Assembly: GCF_001194135.2 (NCBI RefSeq)
Contig: NC_068983.1
Coordinates: 94,409,053-94,456,765, forward strand
Reading direction: 5' to 3'
From: Octopus bimaculoides
Taxonomy: Eukaryota
DNA: 47,713 nt
Both the position numbers and the translations under genes were made by a program. Shown piece by piece: positions 35,184-47,713 of the stretch (position 1 is the stretch's first letter; each line of letters starts with the position of its first letter). A model generated the notes under the pieces. It was not told the DNA's origin. It worked only from the letters and a program-made list of their open reading frames with translations, and ran no database searches.

Positions 35184-36560
35184 TGACGCTTTTACGGATC
35201 TGCTATATATAACCCTCTATTGGCTTATCCGTCTGCGGAATTAGCAAACTCTAGTGGTTCTTCAAACGGCACACATACTATCCACGCCCCTGTGTCCAGT
35301 GGTACGGTTCTGTTATTTTATGCTTACATTATGTTAGACACTTATGTTTCGTCGGTCAATAGACGCTACAGGCTAAAATTTAAACAAGTTTCAAACATTT
35401 TAAAAAGAGTTTAGCCAAGACGAAGAGGAAGTGACCATGCCTTTGGTAGGCCTTGAAAAGGTAGTGAGATTCAGAGAACTACTGCTTAGTTTGAGCATCT
35501 ATAAGTCCATGCCTGCAGGGGGTGATGGGGACATAGGAACTTCAGAAGTTTTAGTATTTTGAGAATCGGAGAGTGCGAGTCCTAAGTACGTCGGATGCGC
35601 TTGACTGTGTGGTGCACAGGTAGCTAATTCAACGAAACAGAGTCTGTTTTAGTGGCGATAGAAAAGACAGAGAATGAGAGTAAAAAGAGCGAGGTTGAAG
35701 CGTAGAGATTGTTGTGTATGGACGAACGAGTCTTTGCCAAACACTCAGATAACTTTCTTTTGGATGTTTGAGATTCTGGATGATTGAGATTCTGGATGTT
35801 TGAGTGCGTATCAGCGTCGAGTGTGTTTGATATGGGACCAGTGTTTTATTGGGGAGTCTTACTCGAACAATGTAGAAGGTCAATAACGGATCAGAACTCT
35901 GAATAGGAAAACGGAGTTTTGGAATACACTTTTAGTTATGTTATGTATGTGAGGTAACCAGGGAAGGTCATCAAAGCTTATGAGGTCTTGCATTTATCAT
36001 GACTTCGTGTAGAAGATATTAAGACGGTCATGTGAAAGGAACGGTGATGTAGTGTAGGGGTGATGTTGGGTGAAGTGTTGTTATATAGCCATGGTGTAAT
36101 GCTGTGGAAGTCATGTTGTATAAGAGATGTTATAGAGGTGATGTTCTAAAGATGTGGTTAGATGTTGTGGAGATAAAGTGCTGATTCTGTTGCGCTGGTG
36201 ATGATGTAATGTTGGTGTTATGTCAGTGATGTTTAATTTTGTGAAACTCATGCTGCGTTTGGTAATGATGGAGTTGTATAGGTGAATGAGTTATGTAGAT
36301 GATGTAGCAACAATGATACTGTGTATGATATTGTGTGAGACAGTTTGAATGTGGTATAGAGGCTGTGTTGTTTTATAAGTTATATTGTGGTAATTAGGCT
36401 GTAGAGTTGGTGGCGATGATAATGTTATATAGGGGATTTGTGATGGTAATATCGTAAAGGAGTGCTGCGTGAGGGATGCTGTAGGGGGTATGCGAAAAAT
36501 TTTGTTGGGGAGAACAGCTTTTGTTCTAGAAGCTTTCATTTTTCTATTTTAGCCTACACT

Positions 36561-36668
36561 TATTATCTCATGATGTGGTTTGTGCGTCAAGCATCAAAAG
36601 TAAGAAATAAAAACTACATCCTTATGTTGTTTGAATGAACATTTTATTTAGTACGATGTCTATGTATA
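36561..36668 (+). repeat. 108 bp direct repeat, copy 1
   Basis: Identical by eye to 37713-37820. Confidence 0.95.
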
Positions 36669-37419
36669 TCTATTAGGCTCCATCTCTACTCGTAGAGATA
36701 AACAGCAACAGCAACAACACCGATGAAGACGGCAACAACAACAGTAACAACACCACCACCAACAACAACAGTAAGAACATCAAGCTATACTTGTTCGTTC
36801 ACACCAACTAAAAGTTGTGTCATCTAGTTGACATGAAACTTGAACCAATCTGAGAAAATGAATCAAAATTGGAATTAGATAAAAAAAAAAAAAAAAAAAA
36901 AATGAAGTGGCAAAGCCAACGTAATAAACACCTGCCTCCTTAAATTGGAAGTACTTAAATTAGAAAATATCAGTAAATTAATGTTCTGCTCCTACACATA
37001 GAAGTGTGTTGATATTCACTGAAGATGACCTTGCTAAATAGTTAATTGAAAAGAATTGAAGAAAAAAAAAACCTCTTAAGCAGTTGGCCAGAAGAATTTG
37101 GCATGATAATTAGAATAAATATGAAGAGCTTCTTTGCAAAGGTGAGTCACACGTAGTTTAGATATTTGCAGTAAATATTTGGTTACATTGACTCAGATGA
37201 CTATTTTGCGGAAGTCCTTGACTGTGAAGTGTTTCTTTTTTATAAATTCGAGTGTCTTTCGTTTTGGTTGATTTTAATTTAATTCGCTTATTTAAAAACA
37301 TTATTTTTTCTCGTGGATAAAATTGCATCAGGGTGAAGAAAATTAGAGAGGAGTGACTATTGAAAAATCTATTATTATCTATTTATCAATCAATGTTTAG
37401 TGTGTAATAACGTTGTATG

Positions 37420-37564
37420 CAGCGCCATCTGAAACATGGGCATACTGGACAGACCCAGTTCTTATCTATGTATGTTGTGGCTTATTGCCAATAGATAAAT
37501 AAATACAATAGAGTCCAGTATACTAATTTGCTCAGGGGCCTATAATACTGTCAAGACGGCCCTG
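37420..37564. mobile_element. Possible hAT-type MITE
   Basis: The ends CAGCGCCATCTGAAAC and reverse-complement CAGGGCCGTCTTGACA are weakly similar. The flanks GTTGTATG and GCTTTATG match at 6/8 and could be a decayed TSD. Confidence 0.4.
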
Positions 37565-37712
37565 GCTTTATGGTATTTATCTATATTGGCGTATAATAAG
37601 TTGTATTGTATTTATTGTTTAGTGTATGATAAGCTGTGTAGTTTTTATCAATGTTTGACGTATAAGATGTCTGGTAGTTTTTGATAAGCTGTGATATGCT
37701 AAACGAACAACG

Positions 37713-37820
37713 TATTATCTCATGATGTGGTTTGTGCGTCAAGCATCAAAAGTAAGAAATAAAAACTACATCCTTATGTTGTTTGAATGAACATTTTATT
37801 TAGTACGATGTCTATGTATA
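37713..37820 (+). repeat. 108 bp direct repeat, copy 2
   Basis: Identical by eye to 36561-36668. Confidence 0.95.
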
Positions 37821-38029
37821 ATAATACTGCATTCTTTTATCTTAATATTTTGTGATGACTGATTAAGTAGCCATTTGTAACGTAAGAGAAGTCAAAGAAT
37901 TTCAAATGGAAGTTGAAACCAGGTTGTGTTTTGGCTCACCAGAACTTACTACACACATTGTGATATTCATTTGTATCCACGTTTAAAATTATATCCTTAC
38001 TGTTCACCGGAGAAGCGTGGAAGGCCCAG

Positions 38030-38900
38030 TGGAAAGGTATTAGATCGTGAGTTCAAATTGGTTGCATTTTGTTCACTTCGACATTCTCCAGTGCTACACA
38101 CTAGTATGAAAACTCAAACCACACAGATAAACTTCGAATCTGCACAGTTTGATGCTACAGTGTGAATCAGACACGGCTGCGCACGAATGTCATCGTTATT
38201 CGTATTTTATTTTTCTGCGTTGCGCGAAGAGACATTCCACAGCTCAGTTGAAGATGTATACATACAGACAAATCCTGATGCTTATCTCTTTCAATATCGC
38301 GTCTATAAGCTAAGGATAAGACTACACATATTAGTGAGAGACATGTTTACTGATGATTGTTGTGCCCTTGTTTCCTATAGTCCACAGGATCTGCAAAACT
38401 TTGATGAATATTCATGACGGTGTAACCATAAAGTTCAGTTTGAAAATTAATATCCGGAAGACTGAAATTTTTTATCATCCAGATTCCAATCCAAGCCATG
38501 TTGCACAATCTGAACCTAAAAGGTTGATGCTGGTAGAAGTTGTCCATTTTATCTATTTGGACAGTTCAATCAATAATATCGGTAGCCTGAGAGAGAAAAT
38601 AGATAACAAGATGAGCAAATCCTTCTCAGCATTGGGAAACTTGAGAGAACAACTGTGGAACAACATTACACGTCAGCTTAAGTGAGATGCAAAGTTAACT
38701 GAACAATATTACTATACACAATATTACATGAACGAAAGTATGGGCGGTATATCTCAAACAGTTAAAATAAACTGCATGGGTTCACGAGGAGACAGTTGAA
38801 ACAGCGCATGAGTATCACATGAAAGACAAGATCAGATACACCATCCAAGGGAAAAAGCCAAGTCTCTAACTTTGAAGCGGTATTGATGCAAAGAAACTTA
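38030..38900 (+). mobile_element. Degenerate RTE LINE, RT domain
   Basis: Translation gives LHTSMKTQ..FDATV*IRHGC..LFVFYFSALREETF..VYIQT..VRDMFTDDCCAL (the FADD motif decayed), then KINIRKTEIFYHP..HFIYLDS..KSFSALGNLREQLWN. Confidence 0.85.
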
Positions 38901-39968
38901 GTTGCCAATTTAAATACTCCGTGTACAGTTGTCTAATGGTACTATAAATCAAGATAGACCCCGACTGAGGTACAATGATGGAGCTAAATGTAACATGGGA
39001 AGACTAGATATCGATATCAACTGATGGACTACAAAATCTAAGGATAGAGTGCAATTGAGGGGAACGATTGACTTCTGATACTACAACTATCAACCATTTT
39101 ATTTCGACAGTCATTGTAGTTTGTCGATGGGCTACCTACAATGTGTAACATAATTTAACATAAAAGTTATTTTGTTTTTATCTTTACTAGTTAGTTGCAT
39201 CCATTTCCACTGACTCATCCCATTTGACTATCCTCCCTTCCCTCTTCCTGTATCTCGCTTTTCAGACACTGCGTTAAACACTTTTCCCCAATAATTTCAC
39301 CTCGATTCTTCTGGAATTTTCTCCTCCCCTTTGAGCTTTTACTCCACTACATACATACATTAGCCCACAAATGTTCAAGCTGGACATCACTCTCACCCGT
39401 CTCAAAGTTACCTCCGACTATATTATAAAATCTTGCATTCATATAAATATTTCTCCGCCCCTTCAAACATTCTTACAAGTATCTTTATAATTATCAAAAC
39501 ATAATTATCATTTTTTACCTTTTATATTCAATTGAATTTAAAATTTCAGATTGAAGAAATAAGGTATTATTCTCTGTGATATATAACATGGCTGAGAACT
39601 GTCCAAAAATTTCATAGAGTTAAAGAGATAACTGAAATTAAATTGCATTAAGACAATATTTCTAACTTTGCTATAAAGTAAATTTGGTGATCAATACTCA
39701 AGAAAAATTACGTAACCTATCATACAAGATATCAATTACAATTAGAACTCCTCATATAATTAATTATAATCAACTTGTCACAAATTATACAGTTATATAA
39801 TTCTTACTAATTCTGGCACAAAACCAGCAATTGTGATGGCGGTGATGGGAGTGGGGGCGTGAAAAGTCGATTACATCAACTCCAGTACTTGACTGGTACT
39901 TGATTTTATGTTGTTATATAATAACTGATAAGCAGCCTGTATGTTTATACACGCACACACTCCCCACC

Positions 39969-40001
<33 letters not shown>

Positions 40002-40519
40002 NNNNNNNNNNNNNNNNNNNNNNNNNNNNNNNNNNNNNNNNNNNNNNNNNNNNNNNNNNNNNNNNNNNNNNATTATATATATATGTATTTGTATATAAAT
40101 GCATATATATTATGTTTGAATTTTGTTATATACAAGAAATGTCGAGCATTAATTAAAGGGTCACACTTATATTCTACAACCAAATCCCATTTTTTATTCG
40201 TAGGGCGTTTATCAAAAGAGGAATACTCTGATGGACGCTGTATGCTTCCCTGTTCCTTGGACTGTGTTGATATATAAAGTAAAAAATATATATATTATTG
40301 ACAGTGTTAGTGTTAATATCGAGGGGTAATATTTATCCCTAATTAAACATGGATGTTCGGTTAGAATAAACTATACTGAGGTAGATACCATGAGAGAAAC
40401 TTTCATATAGGCTTTTGGTGCACAATGCACTCTGGTTTATATTGCCAGCGAGCAGATAAACTCGCGCCATCTCCATTATTGAAAGTATCAGAGTTCGTTT
40501 TTGTTTTAGGTAAAGTATT

Positions 40520-40790
40520 GAATTTATCAGGTTTTCATAAAATACTGAATGTATCAGGGGTCGTTTTTGTTTTCCTTAATCCTTGGGTGTCCATCGTCTT
40601 TACACGTTCTAACCAGTTACTTATTAAAGTGACTGGGTATTGCCTCTTGAGTAATACAGTTTTAAATTCTTGAAATCGCTTCTCCTGCGTTGGAGGATTA
40701 GACACGATTGTGCAGACTCTTCTTGCCATGTTAAAAGGTATATTTATATTCGCATGCTTTGGATACGAAAAGTATACTCTAAATAATAGC
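40520..40790 (-). mobile_element. Penelope-like element, RT thumb region remnant
   Basis: YPKHANINIPFNMARRVCTIVS..RFQEFKTVLLKRQYPVTLI matches the PLE pattern HPxHxxxxIPxxxAxRxxxIxS..L.xRxYP. Confidence 0.7.
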
Positions 40791-42635
40791 TACATATAAA
40801 AGACCTTGTTACTGTCAAAGCACGATCTTTAAGACACCACCTTAGTGCTGTGTGATGTACTGCTTCTGTTGCAGATAACGAATTTTTATTCAACCGACCG
40901 GCTAATTGCAACATCAGCGATTTTTCAATCATTGTTTTCCTATATAAGTGACGGTGGATTTTGTCTTAACATGCAGTGGGTACTTGCTTCTGATAAAACC
41001 GAAAGGGATGCGCATCTAGCAATAATCACCACCGCTGCTGGACGGTTTTTGCCTGCTACTAATATAGTTTCGTGCTAATACTGTTCGTCTATGAGAGATA
41101 TTAACTCAGGACAAATACCGTAGTAAATTCTATTTTGCTGTGATGTATCTGCACTTATTATGATACATAGATTGCTACTTTAATATAATTCAAGAATTCA
41201 TTTGATCTTCGATTTCTAGCATTATATCCCGTCCTTGTGTAGGACAGTAAACTTTGTAGACCGAGCGGGTATATGTGATGTCGTTTATTCGAGACATTAA
41301 CTTACACTTACCTTTTGTTAAGGAGATATATGATTTGTTAGCATCAGTTCTTCCAAAAATTCTTCAAGACTGTGCCCTAACAAGGCTGCGGTCTAATGAC
41401 TGAAACAAGTAAAAGATAAAAGATAAGGAGTTAAAACAAATTCAATGTTTCAATATTTTTTAATTCTCTCTGTTCGAAATACTAATTCTAGTGCTACTGT
41501 ATATTAAAATCACTTCGAGGGTTCAAACCAACTTTTATTTTCTCAGCTAGCATGTTGTTCTATTATATCACAGACATTCTAGACTAGAAATGATCTACCA
41601 ATCTTCGTATGACAAAAACCGTGGGAGTTGTTTTCGTAAGGAAAAATAAATATTGCTGAAATTAATTTCTTTTTAATTGTAAATAAATTGCCCTAGTTAG
41701 AAACTACTTAAAATGTTTCATATACTTTGATCAGTCTTTGTCGAGGCGATGGGGAATGATTCCGTTTGTAACAATTTTCATCACTCATGCTTACATTCAC
41801 AAAAGCTGGTGGAAGGCACACCCTAAGTTCTGTCAGTTAAGTTTAAACTTTTCATTGATATGTTCTTACGTTACAACATTATTTACACCCACTGCTATAA
41901 CCTAACAACAACGACAGCAAAGGTCTCACAACATTGCCACTAACAGTTATTTTTCTTTTTTTAAATATTTATAGTCATTCTTTACTGATATGGGTGGCAG
42001 ATTCATCATCACAAGATACACAACCCGCATTATGACGTCACTAAACTGAACTACAGAAACCAGCAGTCAAGTTACTATTATAACAATGTGGTAACTAATT
42101 CCTTTAACGTTTGATGCGGAAATGAAGTTCTTAAATGTTCTAGTTGCTGCGTAATTATGTTATGACGATTATATAACTATCCATATGAATGAAAATCGTG
42201 GAGAAAATAAGTGAGAGCTGAATCTAGTAACAGCTCTGATTCCTATTTATGTGACTAATGTTTTACACAAATTGCTACTGCTGTTCAAATTTTCAACATC
42301 CATTCTCTCTTCTTTAAAAAATTTATGTCCGCCTGGAGAAGGAAATTGGAACTAGTTCGTTGATCCCCTATCCTGAGATATAATAGCTTTGAACAAACAA
42401 GATGAATTCGGGTATAGGCCGGGTATACGTTTTAAAACTGACATATCTTCTATAAGAGTTGATTTAATGATGAAAACACTTAAAATATAAATTATAGTGG
42501 TAAAGAAAAATATTAGTTGGTAATTAATATTATTTTCATTGGCATATACCAAAAATATATCTTGAGTTATTTCGGTTTAATTGGGTTTCATTGAAACACA
42601 AACTTTACGCATCATGCCGAAGTTAGTTATTAGTA

Positions 42636-43000
42636 CAGTAGAACCTCGCAGTACGAGTACATCATTGTACGAGTAATTTGCTGTACGAGCCGAGACTCGT
42701 GCGAATTTTTGCTTTGAAGTACGAGCACACAAATCGTCTCATCTTTAAGGTAATTCAGTTAATAAAACCAGTTTACATATTTCTTTTGCATCCTCTTTTT
42801 TATAATTGCCATTTTATTTGTAACTACACCTTTATGTTTTAAAACCCATAAAAGATTATTTTTGAGTGGTTTTGGGAGGCCGGAAGGGATTAATTATATT
42901 TTAATTAATTTCACTGGGGAAAATTGATTTGTAAAACGAGTTAATCGTAAGACGAGCTCGGTCATGGAACGGATTAAACTCGTACTGCAAGGTATCACTG
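42636..43000. mobile_element. Tigger/pogo-type MITE, 365 bp
   Basis: The 23 bp TIRs are CAGTAGAACCTCGCAGTACGAGT and reverse-complement CAGTGATACCTTGCAGTACGAGT. TA flanks both sides (42634-42635 and 43001-43002). Subterminal TACGAG motifs are repeated. Confidence 0.92.
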
Positions 43001-43340
43001 TATTTCTTTTTTACTGTGCCAACGATTGTATCATTTAGCATGTATACCAAGCAATTTATTGGTTAAAACTTCAGCTTGTTGAGAAACAGCTGCACTTTGC
43101 TGAGGAGACTTTCCTTTTTGTGTTCTTCCTTATTAGCATCCCTTGTTTAACCGTCATCTGTTTAGAAAAGAAACTGACAAACGATCTTGTTCTCAGCTTG
43201 AAAAAACGGCGAAATAATGTTTCGACCAGGAAGTCCTGGGTAGTAGTATTCAATAAGAATTGTGGTTTTTATTATATCATTTCTACTCTCTTAGCTGACC
43301 GAGTGCTATTCCACTTGTTGAAGTCTTACCACATAACACA

Positions 43341-43390
<50 letters not shown>

Positions 43391-43434
43391 CACAAACACA
43401 TAATAAAGAGAGACAGAGACAGCCAGACAAACAA

Positions 43435-43473
<39 letters not shown>

Positions 43474-43974
43474 NNNNNNNNNNTAAAGAAAGTGGGTAAT
43501 AAAAGTCGAATTTTTTCACCCTATACTAATCAAGCAAAACTATTTTGCTTATTTTGTCTTAAAATGAAATTCCATGTTATGTATTACAAGGAAATATTTC
43601 TCTCTTCTCGAAGCATTGTTAGTAATTTATTCTCTTTCAACAATTCGTTAGAGTTATTTGTATACATACTTTTCAATTGTTTTCATTTGGTTCCGTTTGG
43701 GGTATTTTGTGGCTTAATTTATTATTTCTTTGGTTCTTTTCTCTTTTCCTTCTTTCCTTTGTTCTTTGTTTCTTCCTTACTCGGTCCGATTCTTTATTAA
43801 GTGAGAAATTTTATATATTTTTCACAAGAGAAAGTGACAGTTTCCATATCAAATATGTTTGGATAATCGGTTTGAGGATCACCATAGTTATATTGCAATT
43901 TAACTAGTTGCTATCACTCATCTCTAGAGCATCTTACTACGTGTTTTAAAACCCATCCGCCATTGCGATAGATG

Positions 43975-43979
43975 GGTAA

Positions 43980-44033
<54 letters not shown>
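43975..44033. repeat. (GATA)n microsatellite
   Basis: Pure run. A second (GATA)n lies at about 43435-43473. Confidence 0.95.
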
Positions 44034-44534
44034 CGATGATCTAATTGATTTCCGCTGTATATTCAGGATAACGAAAGAGCCTCTACGTAAAAATAATAAT
44101 CAAAAAAGTTCTCAAATCAAACTCTAGCATTTAAAAGAGGGAATGACATATTTGGTTAATGTAGTCATAGATGCACCATGACTGAGTAACAGGCGATAAA
44201 AGATGGGATAGTCAGATCTGAAACGCCTTTGATGAAAGGTCTGGTTGATTTGGGCTTACATAAGGCTAAACAACACCAGCAATACAATTAGATTATCGAC
44301 ACTTATAAGATCTAATGATTCCAACTTCAAAACTAGGAATTATTCACATTTTTCATTTGCAATAACCATAGAACTAATATTTTAAAACTAATATTTTAAA
44401 ACCACATAAATATTTCTAGCAATACATTATTGTAAACAACTTGGAATATAAAAGTAAACATGCTTTTATTTACATTTTTGGAACTCACCAATTTATTTTG
44501 TAAATAAATTATACGAATAAGTTAATGTGTGTGC

Positions 44535-44585
<51 letters not shown>

Positions 44586-44629
44586 NNNNNNNNNNGTGTG
44601 TGTGTGTGTGTGTGCATCTCTATTTAAAT

Positions 44630-44960
44630 AGGCGCATGTGAAGGCAACTGGTCGAATGGTTAAAAAGTCAGCTTCCAAGTGATGTGAACTTAAGTTCGAT
44701 CCTATTGCGTGGTTTCTTGGACAAATGTAATTTATTATAGCCTTGTAAGTGAAATTGGACAGATGGTAACTCATTGCCTCCATCGGATGGATTATATCTG
44801 TAAATCAAAGGTTCAGTCTTGTAAAATACCGTGACACACTTTGTTTCTGCCTGAGAATTATGTTATGAGTACACGTGTGTGTATGTGGTATACTCAACCA
44901 CATATACGCTAATCCAGTAAGAAAATAATTATGAAACAACAGAATACTCATCGCGGAGAT
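44630..44960 (+). mobile_element. Diverged tRNA-headed SINE
   Basis: The head resembles pol III A and B boxes (tggtcgaatggttaa..aagttcgatcc), followed by ..ttcttggacaaatg..tatagccttgtaagtgaaattgg. A similar degenerate head occurs at about 21856-22000. Confidence 0.5.
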
Positions 44961-45004
44961 TGACGGAGATTCATTTGCTTTGATGAAACATGAGCGTTTT
45001 ATAC

Positions 45005-45008
45005 GTGT

Positions 45009-45093
<85 letters not shown>
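45005..45093. repeat. (GT)n microsatellite
   Basis: Long near-pure run. Confidence 0.95.
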
Positions 45094-45095
<2 letters not shown>

Positions 45096-45245
45096 GGCTC
45101 GTTGCTAAAAGTATGGTAACGACCAACACCTAGGCGTCGAATAGAGTTAGAAGAAGGCTTGACTCACCGACCGGTCGGTATTCTCCCTATATACGAATAA
45201 GCAGTGCTGTATAAGGAGTGCCGTCGGAAGGCATGGGCACACTGA
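45094..45245 (+). repeat. About 150 bp dispersed repeat, copy 1 (copy 2 at 46836-46979)
   Basis: TTGGCTCGTTG..AAAAGTATGGTAACGAC..GAAGAAGGCTTGACTCAC.GACCG.TC.GTATTCTCCCTATATACG.ATAAGCAGT..AGGCATGGGCACACTGA occurs in both copies. Confidence 0.9.
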
Positions 45246-45509
45246 GGAGCGTGTGGTGGGTTTATTCTGTTAGCCATGTATTACATTTTTAACTGTATAT
45301 TGTTAAGTTCGCTCTTAGGAAACTTATTTTTTGAAGTTGCACGCAGTTTACAGGTTTTAGATTTTAACTTCTATTCTCACGTGAGAGAATTTTGATCACG
45401 GCCGCAAAGTCACCCGATTTGTATGGCCTAGGATGGAGGAAATTGCTATACTCATGACTTCCACAGACCATTCGGGACTACTTAGGTGGGTACGATTTAT
45501 TTTCAACTT

Positions 45510-45830
45510 GAACATCTATAGTTATTGATATTCTACGAAGCTCAGGTGTGGCCCACGATTGAGTATTGCACTCATCTCCGGGATGGTGCTACTGCTGCAC
45601 ACGCAAGCATCCTACGCTGCATTCAGAAAGAGGTCACCCAAGAACGCCACCACTCATTAAGAGATATACTCCTTCCTCTGGATCACGAGCGTACTGTGTC
45701 CTTCTACCGATACTATAATGGCATCTGCTTTTTTCCATCATTAATCGACGACCAGTTCTTTCAACCCAGAACGTCGGCTTTCTGGAACTGCTTCCCCGTT
45801 CTTGTCTTTTCCGCAGGAGCTGACTTAAAC
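45510..45830 (+). mobile_element. CR1/Jockey-group LINE ORF2 C-terminal remnant
   Basis: FYEAQVWPTIEYCTHL..LLPLDHER..SFYRYYNGIC..RTSAFWNCFP is similar to the LYKAQIRPxMEYCSH..PLxHRR..FYRYYxG..RTxxLWNxLP pattern. Confidence 0.7.
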
Positions 45831-47008
45831 ATTAACGGCATCACTCTCATCTGTCTAAGAAGGCCTGTGAAGTGCATGGGCACTGGTCTTTCCTCAAGAC
45901 CCAGCATGAAAAAAATGCGAACGTTTGAAGAAAAGAATTGACTTTCTGAAGAGGAAATAATGACTGAATTGGTTAAGTGTGATGAAACAATCAGTTTTTA
46001 AAGATGGGTTTTGGAAGAAGTTGTATGCACGTAGCAAGTTCAGAGGAGCAGAAGCTGTTGTAGTAATGATAGAAATAGGTAGAAATTAAGGAACCAGCAC
46101 GTATGTGGATGAGACAACATAGTGTGTTACTAAATGAGCCTTTTACCAGTCAGTCGTACAACTTTCTTTTGGATATGAACTATGAAGTTTCTGTGTAACT
46201 GCAGTATAAGCCCAGATGTAGAACCAGCATGCCAGTGTAGGTTTTACCCGATTGTAGGGAATTAGTAGCTGATCCTGAAGAAAAAAGATAGTTTAGATTT
46301 AATTTTCGTTGTGTTACATTTTAGGTCATTAGGAAAGTTCATCAGGGATTGAGGTCTAGAATTTGTAACAGCGTTAAAAATTTTAATTAGGTATCGTTCA
46401 AGACATCTTCCTCTTTCATGTCCAAGACGTGAGACAGAAGGTTGTTTCTTAACTATGAGTAGTGGCTGTGTATTTGTGCATTTGAAATATAGTAGATTGT
46501 CATAATTTCGCTTGGAGGGCAGTATTGCGAATAGAATAAAATTAAAGAAAACTATTTAAAAGGGCTGTTGTAAGAGATTTAGCTGTTATTTCTTACATTT
46601 AAAGTAACCAGTATAGAATCCATCATTGGTTCGGTTTTATTATTATTGTCGTTTAACACCAGGTTAACTCTGGCCGGCCGTAACTATGATCAAGGGTGTG
46701 CTAATCGAGACTCTTTTGCATATCTAAGATTACATTGTTCAATGTATCGTTCCCTTTCAAGAGGGTAAGATATCATTTGAGGGAGATTTAGCTGCTATTT
46801 CTTGCAACCTCTTCGACCACGTCCAAGTTCCGTCATTGGCTCGTTGTTAAAAGTATGGTAACGACTAATACCGAGGCGTTGTCTAGAGTAGAGATACGAA
46901 GAAGGCTTGACTCACTGACCGATCAGTATTCTCCCTATATACGGATAAGCAGTACTGTCGAAAGGCATGGGCACACTGAACAGTTGCCAAAGGACCTCGT
47001 GTCTTGAG

Positions 47009-47110
47009 CAGCGTTTCTCAACTGGGTTTCCCCGTAACCCTAGTGTCCGTAAAAGGTTCCTGGGGATTCCGCGAGAAACAGTGAGATAAGCTAATGCTAA
47101 TTTCATGATC
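47009..47110 (+). mobile_element. Isolated hAT/Charlie-like left end
   Basis: It starts CAGCGTTTCTCAAC followed by GC-rich subterminal sequence. No matching right end was found. Confidence 0.45.
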
Positions 47111-47713
47111 GTAATATTCCTATATATGCACAACATATTATCGGTTATTGTAATATTGTATTATAGACATCATTCTATCTAACCTAATATGTTATCAAAA
47201 AAGTATAACAACCATTGGGGATATATTTAGTGATGTCAAAAATTTATGGGCACCCGTGCAACATCGATATTCCTCCCTGTGCCTCTGAAATCTTGTATCC
47301 CTGCCGTTAGGCTTTATTTCCACACACGCCAGCTTAATTTAATTCGTCCTTAGTCGAAAGACACCTGTTATGTCCTGCTATTATTTTTTATTGTATTTAT
47401 GTAACAATGTTCGTTTTTTTCCGTCCTTGTTTTTGTATACATTCGCTGCTTTCTTCCTTGGAATAATATAATGCTCTTAGCTTAGTTTTTCCTTGGGGCT
47501 GGCCAGATTGGAGCAATATCAAGTATAACCAGCCGAAATTGCAAAGATAATCTGGATCTCGGCTGATGAAAGAAAACTCCGAATGACCTGTCCTTGTTTT
47601 CTTCGTATCGTCTATCTGGATGTTTTGTTGTCCCTTTCTTGTATCACCTAACTGTCTGGATGCTTTGCGTTCTTGTCCCATTTTGTATTATATATATATA
47701 TATATATATATAT

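Noticed and set aside
43071-43446. ORFs of 60-108 aa in non-repetitive sequence
   Set aside because: No recognisable domain, low-complexity composition, and the longer ORF runs into (CA)n.

Overview
This is AT-rich, microsatellite-dense eukaryotic DNA from a gapped draft scaffold, with N gaps at 1813-2485, 2802-2811, 3293-3405, 5937-5946, 13787-13938, 32827-33085, 33758-34188, 40002-40071, 43474-43483 and 44586-44595. The SINE and other repeat families resemble those I recall from octopus genomes, so the source is probably an Octopus species (inference, not checked). I found no host protein-coding exon, RNA gene or CRISPR array that I can support, and most ORFs in the supplied track are translated microsatellites or N runs. 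The recognisable content is decayed mobile elements. Non-LTR retroelements: three RTE LINE fragments (one ending in three C2H2 zinc fingers), a 2.7 kb R4/Dong-type LINE bounded by (TAA)n, two tandem 3' ends of another RLE-type family each ending in (CATA)n, Penelope-like fragments and a CR1/Jockey-like fragment. DNA transposons: a full-length 3355 bp hAT with TIRs and a perfect 8 bp TSD, a Charlie-type hAT apparently inserted into a SINE, several Tc1/mariner lineages (Tc1, maT DD37D, DD41D, mariner) and a Tigger-like MITE. There are also many SINE copies. I did not find a convincing new biological system. The best leads are a possible (CATA)n-targeting RLE retrotransposon family, the multi-zinc-finger RTE, a local inversion inside a duplicated CRE-bearing repeat, and several fold-back or duplication structures.
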